From Candidatus Dojkabacteria bacterium (lineage in GTDB: Bacteria; Patescibacteriota; Dojkabacteria; SC72): a stretch of DNA of 64,000 nt. The notes beneath the pieces are model-generated. The model was given only the letters and a program-made list of their open reading frames with translations. It was not told the origin of the DNA and searched no databases. The stretch is taken from the NCBI GenBank assembly GCA_050943415.1, contig JBMNPD010000003.1, positions 3,962-67,961 on the forward strand, read 5' to 3'. A program made the position numbers and the translations under genes. Shown here piece after piece: positions 29,044 through 40,025 of the stretch. Position 1 is the stretch's first letter. Every line of letters starts with the position of its first letter.

Positions 29044-29092
29044 ATTATTAATAACGGCTTGTATTTTATCAATTATTTATGTTATTCACAAG

Positions 29093-29506
29093 CTAAATCT
29101 CTTGTCTTGATACAAATTTTGTCTTAACTGAAAATTTATGTCCGGCCAATCTCAAAGCTTCTTTACAAGTTGTTTCGTCCAAACCTCCTATCTCTAGTAA
29201 CATAGTTCCTGGCAAAACTACTGCTACATATCCCTCTACAGCTCCTTTTCCACCTTGCATTTTACTGTTAATTGCTCTCTGGGTATAGGATTTATGTGGA
29301 AAGATTTTTATCCATACTTTACCTTTTCTTTTTGTATAGTTAGAAACTGCTCTTCTTGCCGCTTCTATTTCCCTTGCATTAATCCAACCACACTCTATAG
29401 ATTTGAGTCCATATTCACCAAAAGTTACTTTATTGTTTACAGTAGCAACTCCTTTCATTTTTCCTCTAAATTCTTTTGGATGTTTTCTTTTTTTAGGCTG
29501 TAACAT
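29093..29506 (-). CDS. rplP: 50S ribosomal protein L16
   Basis: MLQPK, IEAARRA, WIKIFP, MQGGKG. Confidence 0.97.
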   Translation of the reverse strand: MLQPKKRKHPKEFRGKMKGVATVNNKVTFGEYGLKSIECGWINAREIEAARRAVSNYTKRKGKVWIKIFPHKSYTQRAINSKMQGGKGAVEGYVAVVLPGTMLLEIGGLDETTCKEALRLAGHKFSVKTKFVSRQEI

Positions 29507-29523
29507 ATTTATTACTTAATATT

Positions 29524-30171
29524 TTATTCTTCATAATCAACATCATTTTTTTCTCCTTTGTATATCCAAACTTTTACTCCCATAAGTCCTGCGTCCATTG
29601 TTTGTGCTACTTCGTATGCATAATCAACATCTGCTCTTAAAGTTTGTGCAGGAACAGAACCTGCTGTAGTTTTTACAGTTCTAGCTTGGCTAGCATTATT
29701 AATTCTTCCTGACACCCATATTTTCAATCCTTTAGCTCCTGCTGCCATTATTTTTTCTTTTGCACTTGCAGCAAGTAATTTAGATGGTTGTCTTCTTTCA
29801 ATTCCATCTGCAATGGTTCTTGCAACAATTCTTGCTGACAAATCTGCTTTTCCAACCTCTTTTACTTTCAATTCTACATTTGTTTTCAATTTCTTAGACA
29901 ACTCTTTCTGAAGTAAATCTATTCCTTCTCCACCTCTTCCTATAGCTACACCAGGTTTTGCAACATATGCTAATACTTCGACTTTACCTGCATATCTATT
30001 TATCTTTACTGCATCCAACCCTGCATTTTTCATAACTTCCCTAACTCTATTTTTAATCATCAAATCCTCTTTTAACAATTTTGGGTAATCTTTTTTATGT
30101 GAATACCAAACAGAATCCCATGTTCTGTTTATTCCCATTCTAATTGCTTTTGGATGTACTTTTCTTCCCAT
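29524..30171 (-). CDS. rpsC: 30S ribosomal protein S3
   Basis: MGRKVHP, KPGVAIGRGG, TLRADVDY, GVKVWIYKG. Confidence 0.97.
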   Translation of the reverse strand: MGRKVHPKAIRMGINRTWDSVWYSHKKDYPKLLKEDLMIKNRVREVMKNAGLDAVKINRYAGKVEVLAYVAKPGVAIGRGGEGIDLLQKELSKKLKTNVELKVKEVGKADLSARIVARTIADGIERRQPSKLLAASAKEKIMAAGAKGLKIWVSGRINNASQARTVKTTAGSVPAQTLRADVDYAYEVAQTMDAGLMGVKVWIYKGEKNDVDYEE

Positions 30172-30173
30172 AC

Positions 30174-30515
30174 TTACTTTACTTTTAATTCTAAATTAAT
30201 ATGTGATCTTCTTTTACTAATTCGAGACACTCTTCCTCTTGAAGCAAATCTCGTTCTTTTCAATGTTCTTGCCCCGTCAACTGTTATACTTTTTATTACT
30301 AAAGCATCTTTATCTACTCCATGAATATCCCTAGCACTAGCTATTGCAGAAAGTAATGCTTTCTTAACAGATAGTGCACCTTTCTTGTTTACTAATTCTA
30401 AAACATTTAATGCTTCCTCAACTTCTTTTCCTCTTATCATGTCTACTACCAACCTTAACTTTAGAGGTGATTCTGCAATATTTCTAATTGTAATTTTTAC
30501 TTTTTTTTCTTCCAT
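30174..30515 (-). CDS. rplV: 50S ribosomal protein L22
   Basis: SPLKLRLVVDMIRGK, KRRSHI. Confidence 0.95.
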   Translation of the reverse strand: MEEKKVKITIRNIAESPLKLRLVVDMIRGKEVEEALNVLELVNKKGALSVKKALLSAIASARDIHGVDKDALVIKSITVDGARTLKRTRFASRGRVSRISKRRSHINLELKVK

Positions 30516-30532
30516 AATATTTTTAATTATAT

Positions 30533-30838
30533 TTACGCTTCAAATCTACCACTGCTACCGTATACTTTAGATAGTTTACCTTTCTTAGCATGACCTTTAA
30601 ATTTTCTAGTAGGAGCAAATTCTCCTAATCTATGGTTAATCATTGACTCTGCTACTAAAACTTCCTCAAATTTTTTTCCATTGTGTACCAAGAACTTTAA
30701 TCCAACCATTTCTGGTGTAATTGTAGAAGATCTTGCCCATGTCTTTATTGGAGACATATTGCCAGCATCTCTAGCATTCTTCACTTTCTTCATCAATTTT
30801 TCGTCTGTATATGGTCCTTTCTTTAATGATCTCGACAT
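30533..30838 (-). CDS. rpsS: 30S ribosomal protein S19
   Basis: [22 protein letters not shown]. Confidence 0.97.
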   Translation of the reverse strand: MSRSLKKGPYTDEKLMKKVKNARDAGNMSPIKTWARSSTITPEMVGLKFLVHNGKKFEEVLVAESMINHRLGEFAPTRKFKGHAKKGKLSKVYGSSGRFEA

Positions 30839-30855
30839 ATTTTAGTTAATATAAT

Positions 30856-31707
30856 TTATTTCTTTGCAAACGGTCTAGTTTTAGGTCTTCTTCTCCTGAT
30901 TATGAACTTCTCTGTCTTAGCATTTCTTCTTGTTCTAGTACCAATTCTATGACCCCAAATATCTTTTGCTTTTCCACCAGTCTGACCTTTTCCTTCACCA
31001 CCACCGTGTGGGTGTTCTGCTGGATGCATAGCCATTCCTCTTACTTCTGGTCTCCAACCTAGATTTCTTTTTCTTCCTGCTTTACCCAATTTGACATTTA
31101 ATTTCTCCTCATTTCCAATTTGTCCAACTGTTGCCATACAATCTGCAAATACAAGTCTAATTTCACCTGATGGCATTTTAATTTGTACATACTTTCCTGT
31201 TGGATCAACACCTTGAACAATTGCTGTCTGTCCTGCAGATCTTGCAAATACAGCTCCTCTACCTGGCACATTCTCAACACAGTGAACATATGTACCTGAT
31301 GGAATATTCTTTATCCTCATAGCATTACCAGGTAAAATGTCTACCTGTTCTCCTGATATAACTGTACTTCCCTCTTTCAAATCTCTAGGTGCAATGATAT
31401 ATCTTTTCTCACCATCAGCATATGTCAAAAGAGCTAAATATGCTGTTCTATTTGGATCAAAGTAGAGTCCTGTAACTTTCGCAGGTATATCAAATTTATT
31501 TCTTTTAAAATCAACTATCCTGATTCTTCTCTTAAAACCACCACCTCTATGTCTTACTGTTATCCTACCTTGATTGTTTCTACCTGCACTTTTTTTCTTA
31601 GGAATAGTTAAAGATTTAGGACCAGAGCCTTTCTTTAACATGCTCCTATCTTCTAATCTTGTTTTTCTTCTTGTCGAAGTTGTAGGTTTAAATTTTTTTA
31701 TTGCCAT
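30856..31707 (-). CDS. rplB: 50S ribosomal protein L2
   Basis: GRNNQGRITVRHRGGG, DPNRTA, VRGMAMHPAEHPHGGGEG. Confidence 0.98.
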   Translation of the reverse strand: MAIKKFKPTTSTRRKTRLEDRSMLKKGSGPKSLTIPKKKSAGRNNQGRITVRHRGGGFKRRIRIVDFKRNKFDIPAKVTGLYFDPNRTAYLALLTYADGEKRYIIAPRDLKEGSTVISGEQVDILPGNAMRIKNIPSGTYVHCVENVPGRGAVFARSAGQTAIVQGVDPTGKYVQIKMPSGEIRLVFADCMATVGQIGNEEKLNVKLGKAGRKRNLGWRPEVRGMAMHPAEHPHGGGEGKGQTGGKAKDIWGHRIGTRTRRNAKTEKFIIRRRRPKTRPFAKK

Positions 31708-31710
31708 ATT

Positions 31711-32004
31711 TTAGCCTTTCAAAAACTCATCTATCTTATCTCCTTTTTTAAGTGTCACTATCATTTTAACTTTATCGGACTCTCTTCTTTGCTTGTATGT
31801 TTTGTAGTCTCTCTTCATCTTTCCAGGTTTGACTACACTGTTTACATCTACTACTTTAACCTTATATTTAGTTTCTACTGCTTTCTTTACCTCTATCTTG
31901 TTATATCCTCTTGCAACTGCAAATACATACTTGTTATCTGCATTTGCCATAGCATAGGTTTTCTCCGAAATCACTGGTTTTATTACTATCTTTTTATTTT
32001 CCAT
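31711..32004 (-). CDS. rplW: 50S ribosomal protein L23
   Basis: [23 protein letters not shown]. Confidence 0.95.
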   Translation of the reverse strand: MENKKIVIKPVISEKTYAMANADNKYVFAVARGYNKIEVKKAVETKYKVKVVDVNSVVKPGKMKRDYKTYKQRRESDKVKMIVTLKKGDKIDEFLKG

Positions 32005-32611
32005 TTGTTAATCTTTTTTCTAAAATATCTACGATCTCGTTATCTACATATACTAGATTTGATGTTATTAAATGTTTTGCATTTACTTTCTCTGCTGTTA
32101 TTACTTTAGCTTTTTCTGAATTTCTTATCTTTTTGCTTAAATCTTCATTATTACTAATCATCAATATTTTCTTTTTATCTTCTTTAGCTTCTTTTCTAAT
32201 ATTTTCAGCAGATTTCTCTGTACTGTTTACAAACTGTAGTTGTTCTTTTCTTAATCTTTCAGAAAGCATTATACATACCGCCTTTCGAATCATCTTTTTG
32301 TTTAATTTTCTACTATAATTCTTGTCAGAAACATTACCAAAGGTAACTCCTCCACCTACCCATATTGGGGATCGAGATGAACCGTGTCTTGCTCTTCCTG
32401 TTCCTTTTTGCCTCCAAGGTTTCTTCCCACCTCCTGAGACTTCCGATCTAGATTTTACATTAGCTGTTGCTTTTCTCTCATTGTTTCGGTAGACATAGAG
32501 TACTTGAGCTAAAAGATCGGCATTGTATGGAACTTCCCACACTGCTGGATTTAGCTTCTGTTCTACTTTCTTTTCTTCTTTTTTTGTTTTCTTAACTTCT
32601 TTCTTTTCCAT
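31994..32611 (-). CDS. rplD: 50S ribosomal protein L4
   Basis: [33 protein letters not shown]. Confidence 0.96.
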   Translation of the reverse strand: MEKKEVKKTKKEEKKVEQKLNPAVWEVPYNADLLAQVLYVYRNNERKATANVKSRSEVSGGGKKPWRQKGTGRARHGSSRSPIWVGGGVTFGNVSDKNYSRKLNKKMIRKAVCIMLSERLRKEQLQFVNSTEKSAENIRKEAKEDKKKILMISNNEDLSKKIRNSEKAKVITAEKVNAKHLITSNLVYVDNEIVDILEKRLTNGK

Positions 32612-32612
32612 A

Positions 32613-33197
32613 TTATTCAGAATATATTGCTACTAAATCACCATTTGATCCAGGTACTGGACCTGAGACCAATATATAGTTATCTTTAATATCTACTATC
32701 TCTTTATTTAACAATGTAACTGTATCTCCTCCTTTTCTACCTGCCATCTTCTTGCCTTTTAATACTCTACCTGGAGTCGTACCTGCACCTATTGATCCTG
32801 GTGCTCTATGTCTATCGGATTGTCCATGTGTTTTAGGACCTCCCGCAAAGCCCCATCTCTTAACAACTCCTGCAAAACCTTTTCCTTTAGACACTCCTTT
32901 TACTGAAACTTTATCTCCAATTGTAAAAATGTCTGATTTAACTTCATCTCCTATCTGTACTTCATCTTTTAATGAACCTTTAAAATATCCTGTTTGAGCA
33001 GGAACTCTCTTAGCAACTTTGTATTTACCAATCATAGCTTTGGTTGGTTTTCTTTTTTCACCAATTCCTAATTCAAAACCTTCCTTCTCTACAAAAGAGA
33101 GAATACAACCTTCTACATCAACAACAGTAACAGGAACAACCTTGCTGTCCTTAAAAACTCTTGTCATTCCTTTTTTTATTCCTATTAATGCTTTCAT
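32613..33197 (-). CDS. rplC: 50S ribosomal protein L3 (likely start MKALIG at 33197)
   Basis: [33 protein letters not shown]. Confidence 0.96.
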   Translation of the reverse strand: MKALIGIKKGMTRVFKDSKVVPVTVVDVEGCILSFVEKEGFELGIGEKRKPTKAMIGKYKVAKRVPAQTGYFKGSLKDEVQIGDEVKSDIFTIGDKVSVKGVSKGKGFAGVVKRWGFAGGPKTHGQSDRHRAPGSIGAGTTPGRVLKGKKMAGRKGGDTVTLLNKEIVDIKDNYILVSGPVPGSNGDLVAIYSE

Positions 33198-33207
33198 ATA
33201 ATTTTTA

Positions 33208-33519
33208 TTACTGAATACCAATATCAACACCAGCAGGCATCTCAAGTCTCTGAAGAGAATCTATGGTCTTCGGTGTTGGATCGATAATATCAATTAGCCT
33301 CTTATGAGTATTAATCTCAAAGTGTTCCATTGAGCTCTTGTAAATAAATGGTGACCTTGTAACTGCAACTTTCCTCTTTTTTGTTGGAAGAGGTATTGGT
33401 CCTGCTACTTTAGCACCTGTGCTTATAGCTGTCTCTATGATACTTTTAGCAGATCTATCAACTACTACTGAATCATATCCTTTTAATTTTACTCTGATCT
33501 TTGCAGTTAAATTTGCCAT
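33208..33519 (-). CDS. rpsJ: 30S ribosomal protein S10
   Basis: [23 protein letters not shown]. Confidence 0.97.
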   Translation of the reverse strand: MANLTAKIRVKLKGYDSVVVDRSAKSIIETAISTGAKVAGPIPLPTKKRKVAVTRSPFIYKSSMEHFEINTHKRLIDIIDPTPKTIDSLQRLEMPAGVDIGIQ

Positions 33520-33552
33520 TCTATTTAAAAGAGCTAAATTAAATTATTAAGT

Positions 33553-33580
33553 AACAGAGGGCAGATTACTACCCTCTGTT
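33553..33580 (-). terminator. Hairpin between tuf and rpsJ (terminator or attenuator-like)
   Basis: AACAGAGGG/CCCTCTGTT 9-bp stem. Confidence 0.55.
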
Positions 33581-33589
33581 TTAACTTAC

Positions 33590-34765
33590 TTACTTTAACA
33601 CCTCCGTTACAATTCCTTGTCCAACTGTCTGGCCTCCTTCTCTAATAGCGAATGAGACTCCTTTTTCGATCGCAACTGGTGCCATCAATTTGACAGTAAA
33701 CTCAGTATTATCACCAGGGGCAACCATCTCTGTACCTTCTAGTAATATTACTTCTCCAGTAACATCAGCAGTTCTGATGTAGAACTGTGGTTTGTAACCT
33801 GATACAAATGGAGTATGTCTACCACCCTCTTCTTTGCTTAAAACATATACTTCTGCTTTAAAGTCTGTGTGTGTAGAGATGCTACCAGGAACTGCTAATA
33901 TCTGTCCTCTCTGTACATCCTCTCTCTTCAAACCTCTTAGTAAAATACCAACATTATCTCCTGCCTGACCTTCGCTTAATGTTTTGTTAAACATTTCTAC
34001 TCCAATTACTGCTGTCTTCTGTGCTTTTCTACCCATTCCCAAAACTTCAACCTCATCACCAACTTTAACAATACCTCTCTCTATTCTTCCTGTTACAACT
34101 GTACCTCTTCCTTCAATTGAGAAGATATCTTCTATAGGCATCAAGAATGGTTTCTCTGTATCTCTCTCTGGTAGAGGAATATATTCATCAACAGCTTTCA
34201 TAACTTCTCGCATTGCTGCTGCACCTTCCTCTTCTCCCTTAAATGCTTTCAATGCATCACCTTCAATCATTGGACAATCTGGATCATATCCATACTTCTT
34301 CAACAAATCCTGAATATCTGACTTAATCAATTCTAAAAGCTCAGGGTCTGGTTTTCCAAATGTATTGATAAATACAACAATCTTAGGTACACCTACCTGC
34401 TTTGCAAGTAAGATATGCTCCTTTGTCTGAGGCATAGCACCATCACTAGAAGAAACTACTAAAATAGCTCCATCCATCTGAGCTGCTCCTGTGATCATAT
34501 TCTTAATGTAGTCTTTGTGACCTGGACAATCTACCAAAGCGTAGTGTCTGTTCTCTGTTTCAAACTCAACGTGTGCAACTGCAATAGTGATTTCTTTTGC
34601 TCTCGCTTCTGGATCTTTATCCAACTTATCAATCATTCGATCAGCATCACTAGCATCTGCTGTGAATGTTCTAAGAATACCACGAACAAATGTTGTCTTA
34701 CCGTGATCGATATGACCCAAAGTTCCGATATTCATATGTGGCTTTGTTCTATTAAATTCTGCCAT
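33590..34765 (-). CDS. tuf: Elongation factor Tu with highly divergent G-domain motifs
   Basis: [54 protein letters not shown]; G4 reads NTFG and G5 reads GDAL. Confidence 0.95.
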   Translation of the reverse strand: MAEFNRTKPHMNIGTLGHIDHGKTTFVRGILRTFTADASDADRMIDKLDKDPEARAKEITIAVAHVEFETENRHYALVDCPGHKDYIKNMITGAAQMDGAILVVSSSDGAMPQTKEHILLAKQVGVPKIVVFINTFGKPDPELLELIKSDIQDLLKKYGYDPDCPMIEGDALKAFKGEEEGAAAMREVMKAVDEYIPLPERDTEKPFLMPIEDIFSIEGRGTVVTGRIERGIVKVGDEVEVLGMGRKAQKTAVIGVEMFNKTLSEGQAGDNVGILLRGLKREDVQRGQILAVPGSISTHTDFKAEVYVLSKEEGGRHTPFVSGYKPQFYIRTADVTGEVILLEGTEMVAPGDNTEFTVKLMAPVAIEKGVSFAIREGGQTVGQGIVTEVLK

Positions 34766-35054
34766 GAATATATTTATTAAAAATTAAATACAATATTATT
34801 ATATTGCAAAGTTCTCTTTTAAGAACCTGCGATGAATACTATCAAAAAGTTCGAAGTAATGCAAGACCTTTAGCATCAATAAATATGTTCTTTAAGCAAT
34901 TGTATTACAAATAAGAAAAAAAGCATTATCTAATTTAGTAATTCACCTAATTTTACTACCTACTCATCAGAGCTTTTACTACAAAGAGAAAAAATGACTT
35001 TAAGATTCATTTTATATATACTGGAAAGAAGATAACAAAACAAAGTACAAAGAT

Positions 35055-36407
35055 ATGCCTAAATACAAAGCAATATGTATAGACCTAGACCAAACAATTG
35101 CCAATACAGAAGATTATCAGTATAGTTCTGACAACAAAGACAAATACAGAGATACTGCTGAATGGCATCTATACCAATACCTTAAACCACATTTAAAAGT
35201 TATATCTTGGCAAACTTTTATAGATGTCTATCAACTATCAAAGAATCAGGTAAAAGAAATTCTCAAAGGGAAAGCTGCCAGTCACAGCAGATATCTATAT
35301 ATACAGAAAGTACTTGAAAATCTAAATTGCAGATTTAGACCCGACCTCGTATACGATGCAACTAACATTTATTGGAACTATATTCTTTCTAATATGCAAC
35401 TTTTTCCTGAAGTATTAACAACACTTCAAGCTATAAAAAGAGAAGGAATCACAATTATGGTTGTAACAGATTTGACAGCAGACATTCAGATACTAAAGTT
35501 AAAGAAATTAAATATAAATCAATATATAGATTATTTAGTCACATCAGAGGAAGCAGATGCTGACAAACCAAATCCTCAAGTTGGTACTTTAATTTCAAAG
35601 AAGCTAGGAATTAACAGAGAAGACATTCTTATGATTGGGAATAACCCCAAGACCGACATTCAGTTGGCACATAATATAAAAATGGATTCTGTGCTTTTTG
35701 ATTTTTATAGCAAGTATCCTCCTGCAGAGCGAAATAATCCCACTTTTTATACAACTAATTTTAAAGATATATTAATATTTATGGATATCAAAGAAAGGAC
35801 ATATACTGACCAAAAGCTTGTTGTCTTTGACATGATTGGCACTTTAACTACAGACCCACGCCTTATTTCCCATGTTTTTCTTTCTACATTCCCAAATATG
35901 GATAGAGATTTAGTGAAGAAACATTACAAGGAGTATAAGGTTAACAATATTGATAGAGAAACATTTTGGAAGAATATAGGAATCACAGACTTTGAAGAAG
36001 CGGAAAAGAAATTTCTTAACAAAATAGAGTTAAGAAATGGTATTATTGAATTACTCATACAGATGAAGCAAAAGCACAAACTTGCGATACTTTCTAATAT
36101 TTCTAAGGAATGGGGAGCATTCTTGTCTAATAAATACGGATTTAAGAATATCTTTGATGAAATTGTTTTTAGTGGAGATTATCATGTAAAGAAACCTGAC
36201 TACCAAATTTACAAAATTCTTGTAGACAAATTTCCAGAAATATCTCCTGAAAATGTTTTCTTTGTTGATGATGACTTAGAAGACCTAAAATCAGGGAAAG
36301 ATTTCTTAATGAAAACAATATGGATAAAAAGTGACCAAGTTTCCACCAATTATATCCCTGATTATGTAATAGATCACATATCAGAAGTAAATAATATTGT
36401 TACTTAA
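35055..36407 (+). CDS. Tandem two-domain HAD-superfamily hydrolase (YjjG-like nucleotidase/phosphatase)
   Basis: Domain 1: DLDQT, TD, KP, GNNPKTD. Domain 2: [19 protein letters not shown]. Confidence 0.85.
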   Translation: MPKYKAICIDLDQTIANTEDYQYSSDNKDKYRDTAEWHLYQYLKPHLKVISWQTFIDVYQLSKNQVKEILKGKAASHSRYLYIQKVLENLNCRFRPDLVYDATNIYWNYILSNMQLFPEVLTTLQAIKREGITIMVVTDLTADIQILKLKKLNINQYIDYLVTSEEADADKPNPQVGTLISKKLGINREDILMIGNNPKTDIQLAHNIKMDSVLFDFYSKYPPAERNNPTFYTTNFKDILIFMDIKERTYTDQKLVVFDMIGTLTTDPRLISHVFLSTFPNMDRDLVKKHYKEYKVNNIDRETFWKNIGITDFEEAEKKFLNKIELRNGIIELLIQMKQKHKLAILSNISKEWGAFLSNKYGFKNIFDEIVFSGDYHVKKPDYQIYKILVDKFPEISPENVFFVDDDLEDLKSGKDFLMKTIWIKSDQVSTNYIPDYVIDHISEVNNIVT

Positions 36408-38506
36408 ACTTTCTTTCCAGCAATCTCTTCAGCAACATTTTTAGGTACTTCAGCATAGTGAGAAGGTTCCATAGTTGCACTACCTCTACCACTAGTTAGA
36501 GATCTTAATTCACTTGTATAACCAAATAGTTCTGAAAGAGGTACCATTGCAGTTATTCTACTAATACCACTACCCAAACTCTCTGTACCTTGTATCTGCC
36601 CTCTCTTGCTACTTAAAGATCCAGTAACATCACCCATATGATTATCAGGTGTATCAACATCAACTTTCATAATTGGTTCCAAGAGTATTGGATCACCCAT
36701 TTTGCAACCCTCTTTAAATGCCATAGATCCTGCAATCTTAAAAGCTGCCTCAGATGAGTCTACATCGTGATATGATCCGTCATATACAGTAACTTTAATA
36801 TCTACAACTGGATATCCTGCTACAACTCCTGATTTCATAGCTTCCTCTACTCCTTTCTGGATAGCAGGTATGAATTCTCTAGGAATTGCACCTCCTTTAA
36901 CTTCGTTTATGAACTCAAAACCCTTACCTTTCTCATTAGGTTCTAATTTCAACCAACAGTGACCGTACTGACCCTTACCACCTGACTGCTTAATATATCT
37001 ACCCTCTGATTGTTCTACAACATTCTTAATAGTTTCTTTGTAAGCTACTTGAGGTTTACCAACATTTGCTGCAACATTAAATTCTCTTTTTAACCTATCA
37101 ACAATAATATCCAAATGTAGTTCACCCATTCCAGATATGATTGTTTGACCAGTTTCTATATCAGATTTAACTGTAAAAGTAGGATCTTCTTTAGTTAATC
37201 TTGCTAAAGCCTCAGACATTTTCTCTTCATCAGACTTTGTAGCAGGTTCAATAGCTTCAGATACAACAGGCTCTGCAAAATCTATCTTTTCAAGAATAAT
37301 AGGGTGAGATTCATCACAGAGAGTATCTCCTGTTATGGAATCTTTCAAACCTACAATTGCTCCGATATCTCCTACTTTCAAAGAATCTACTTCTTCTCTA
37401 TCATCAGCATGCATTAAGATTAATCGACTTGCTCTCTCTTTTATACCTTTTGTAGAGTTCAATACATATGAACCTGAATTTATCTTTCCTGAATAGATTC
37501 TAAAATATGAAAGGTTACCAATATGAGGATCGTTTACTATCTTAAATACTAAACCAGAGAAAGGTTCACTCTCTTCTGCTTTTCTTTCCTCTTCTTCATT
37601 TGTCTTAGGGTTAACTCCTTTAACTGCTTCTTTATCAAGAGGAGAAGGTAAACATATTGTAATGTAATCTAAAAGAGTCTTTGACATAGCAGTTCTAGAA
37701 TCACCTCCAAGAACAGGGAAGATGCTTCCACTTAAAGTTCCTTTGCGTAAAGCTGCAAACAACTCTTCCTCTCCTAATTCATCTCCAGCAAAATATTTTT
37801 CCATCAATGCATCATCCTGCTCTGCAAGTACTTCTACCAAAATATTCCTTAACTCATCAACTTTGCCTTTAATATCATCAGGTATTGGACACTCTATCAA
37901 ATCAGGAGTATCTGTGCCCTCATACTTATACGCTTTCATCTTTACCAAATCTACATATCCACAAAGATCCTGTTCTTTACCTATTGGATATGTTACAGCA
38001 ACTGCCTTGTTACTTAACCTATACTTAATTGTCTCAAAACTGTTTTCAAAGCTACCACCAATCAAGTTAATCTTGTTCATAAAGCAAATTCTAGGAACTT
38101 TATACTTGTTTGCTTGTCTCCATACAGTCTCAGACTGAGGCTCTACACCTTTCCTACCATCAAAGATAACTACTGCACCATCTAATACTCGCAAAGATCT
38201 TTCTACTTCTGCTGTAAAGTCTACATGACCCGGTGTATCAATGATGTTAATTCTATATTTATCACCATTATGCTCCCAGAAACAGGTTACCGCAGCAGAC
38301 ATAATTGTAATTCCTCTTTCCTGCTCCTGTTCCATAAAGTCAGTAGTAGCCTCACCTTCATGGGTTTCCCCGATTTTATGTACCTGACCTGTAAAATACA
38401 GTAATCTCTCAGTAGTAGTAGTCTTACCAGCATCGATATGAGCGATAATACCAATGTTTCTTACCTTATCTAAAGGCATTTGTACATTATACGTATTTTT
38501 ATCCAT
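36404..38506 (-). CDS. fusA: Elongation factor G
   Basis: [60 protein letters not shown]; G4 reads NKIN and G5 reads GDS. Confidence 0.97.
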   Translation of the reverse strand: MDKNTYNVQMPLDKVRNIGIIAHIDAGKTTTTERLLYFTGQVHKIGETHEGEATTDFMEQEQERGITIMSAAVTCFWEHNGDKYRINIIDTPGHVDFTAEVERSLRVLDGAVVIFDGRKGVEPQSETVWRQANKYKVPRICFMNKINLIGGSFENSFETIKYRLSNKAVAVTYPIGKEQDLCGYVDLVKMKAYKYEGTDTPDLIECPIPDDIKGKVDELRNILVEVLAEQDDALMEKYFAGDELGEEELFAALRKGTLSGSIFPVLGGDSRTAMSKTLLDYITICLPSPLDKEAVKGVNPKTNEEEERKAEESEPFSGLVFKIVNDPHIGNLSYFRIYSGKINSGSYVLNSTKGIKERASRLILMHADDREEVDSLKVGDIGAIVGLKDSITGDTLCDESHPIILEKIDFAEPVVSEAIEPATKSDEEKMSEALARLTKEDPTFTVKSDIETGQTIISGMGELHLDIIVDRLKREFNVAANVGKPQVAYKETIKNVVEQSEGRYIKQSGGKGQYGHCWLKLEPNEKGKGFEFINEVKGGAIPREFIPAIQKGVEEAMKSGVVAGYPVVDIKVTVYDGSYHDVDSSEAAFKIAGSMAFKEGCKMGDPILLEPIMKVDVDTPDNHMGDVTGSLSSKRGQIQGTESLGSGISRITAMVPLSELFGYTSELRSLTSGRGSATMEPSHYAEVPKNVAEEIAGKKV

Positions 38507-38555
38507 AAAATTTACTATATAAATTAACCTGCAAAACAGTTGTGATTATACAGAA

Positions 38556-40016
38556 CTAATTGATATTAGACAACAACTTCAATGCCTCTTCTGTCACAGA
38601 GTTATCTAAATCATACTCTACAGCTTTCTCAAAAGCAGTCTTCGCAGCTTGAGAATCACCACTTTCAACACTATACCTTCCAAGAAGAAGATAGTACTTA
38701 GAATTATATTTATCCAATCCTCCTAATTCATTAAGCACTGAATTAGCTTCAGTTAAATTCTCATTCTTAAGAAGAATCTTTCCTTTCCAATACAGATACT
38801 CCTTTTTCTCCTCATCAGTAAGAGCAATTTTCTTTAATTGCTCCAAATAGTAATCAATCTTGTTGAATTCATTCAATTCATAATTACTTCTGATACCTAA
38901 TAAATAAAGGAAAGCACTCTGAGAAGAAGTTAGCATATTTGTCACACTCTCAGCAGCTTTCAAATACTGTTTGTTTCTCAAAAGGAATAGTATATATTCA
39001 TCAGCTAAATCTTTAATAATATTCTTTCCTGCGTAACTTACAGAAGTTGAATAATATTTCATAGCGGAGTCCAAATCGTTCTTTCTAACATACGCCCTAG
39101 CCATAACCCAAGCAATATCTGTTTGCATATAACCCAAATTCAGCGATTTCTCCAAAACTTCCAATCCTTTATCATACTGACCCGATTCAACATATCCTCT
39201 ACCTAAATAGTACAAACCTTCAACATATTCAGAAAGTTCCTCAACTCGAGGTTCCAAAATACTTACAGCTAAAGAAGGATAACCGTTGTTTAAAAACACG
39301 CGAGCAAGCTTAGTGGAATTAAACTTCGTATCCGTATCCAACGACTGCAAAACTTTACTAAACTCTTCATAATATAGCTTAAACTTATCAGATGCTGCAA
39401 CCTCCTTTAGAGTATTTTCTGCCTTACCGTAATCTGACAATGAGTAGATATATGATCTTAACAAAGTTGCCTCTATTAAATCATCGCCACTGTAACCATC
39501 TAATTCAAACTGCCTCTTTGCTTCCTCAACCCTACTAACATTTAACAAAGACTTCCCAAGCATCAAATCTGCATTCATATTCTCCACTCCTAAACCAATT
39601 CCTTTCTGATATATATCCTTTGCCTTTTCAAATTCTTTGTTTTCATAGTAATAATTACCAACCATCACATACAATCGAGATTTATCTGTTGCAGATAGTG
39701 CATTTGCTGATTTTTCAACAATTCCCAATGCATCTGCGCTACGATTTTTCAATAACAAAATCTTAATAATACCCTCGTAAGCTGCAATATCTGTTGGAAC
39801 TACTTTTGTAGCATCATAATACTTGTTAATTGCAGAAACATACTCGTGTGCTTCAAAACTTCTCTGTGCCTCACTCAATTTTACGCTGTAATCATCACGT
39901 TGTTCCTGAGTAACACGCCTATCCAACCACCACCAAACAAACAATCCGACCAAAACACAAAAAAGAAGTGCTATTGGAGCCCAAACCTTTAACCTTTTCT
40001 TAACCAAATCATTCAT
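38556..40016 (-). CDS. Membrane-anchored tetratricopeptide-repeat protein
   Basis: N-terminal TM; repeated helical TPR patterns (YYLGRGYVESGQYDKG, YLLLGRY...AKTAFEKAV). Confidence 0.85.
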   Translation of the reverse strand: MNDLVKKRLKVWAPIALLFCVLVGLFVWWWLDRRVTQEQRDDYSVKLSEAQRSFEAHEYVSAINKYYDATKVVPTDIAAYEGIIKILLLKNRSADALGIVEKSANALSATDKSRLYVMVGNYYYENKEFEKAKDIYQKGIGLGVENMNADLMLGKSLLNVSRVEEAKRQFELDGYSGDDLIEATLLRSYIYSLSDYGKAENTLKEVAASDKFKLYYEEFSKVLQSLDTDTKFNSTKLARVFLNNGYPSLAVSILEPRVEELSEYVEGLYYLGRGYVESGQYDKGLEVLEKSLNLGYMQTDIAWVMARAYVRKNDLDSAMKYYSTSVSYAGKNIIKDLADEYILFLLRNKQYLKAAESVTNMLTSSQSAFLYLLGIRSNYELNEFNKIDYYLEQLKKIALTDEEKKEYLYWKGKILLKNENLTEANSVLNELGGLDKYNSKYYLLLGRYSVESGDSQAAKTAFEKAVEYDLDNSVTEEALKLLSNIN

Positions 40017-40025
40017 ACATACAGT

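Noticed and set aside
33590-34765. tuf as a pseudogene
   Set aside because: Full-length uninterrupted ORF with conserved domains II/III, its own promoter and the canonical location; divergence is concentrated in the nucleotide-binding elements.
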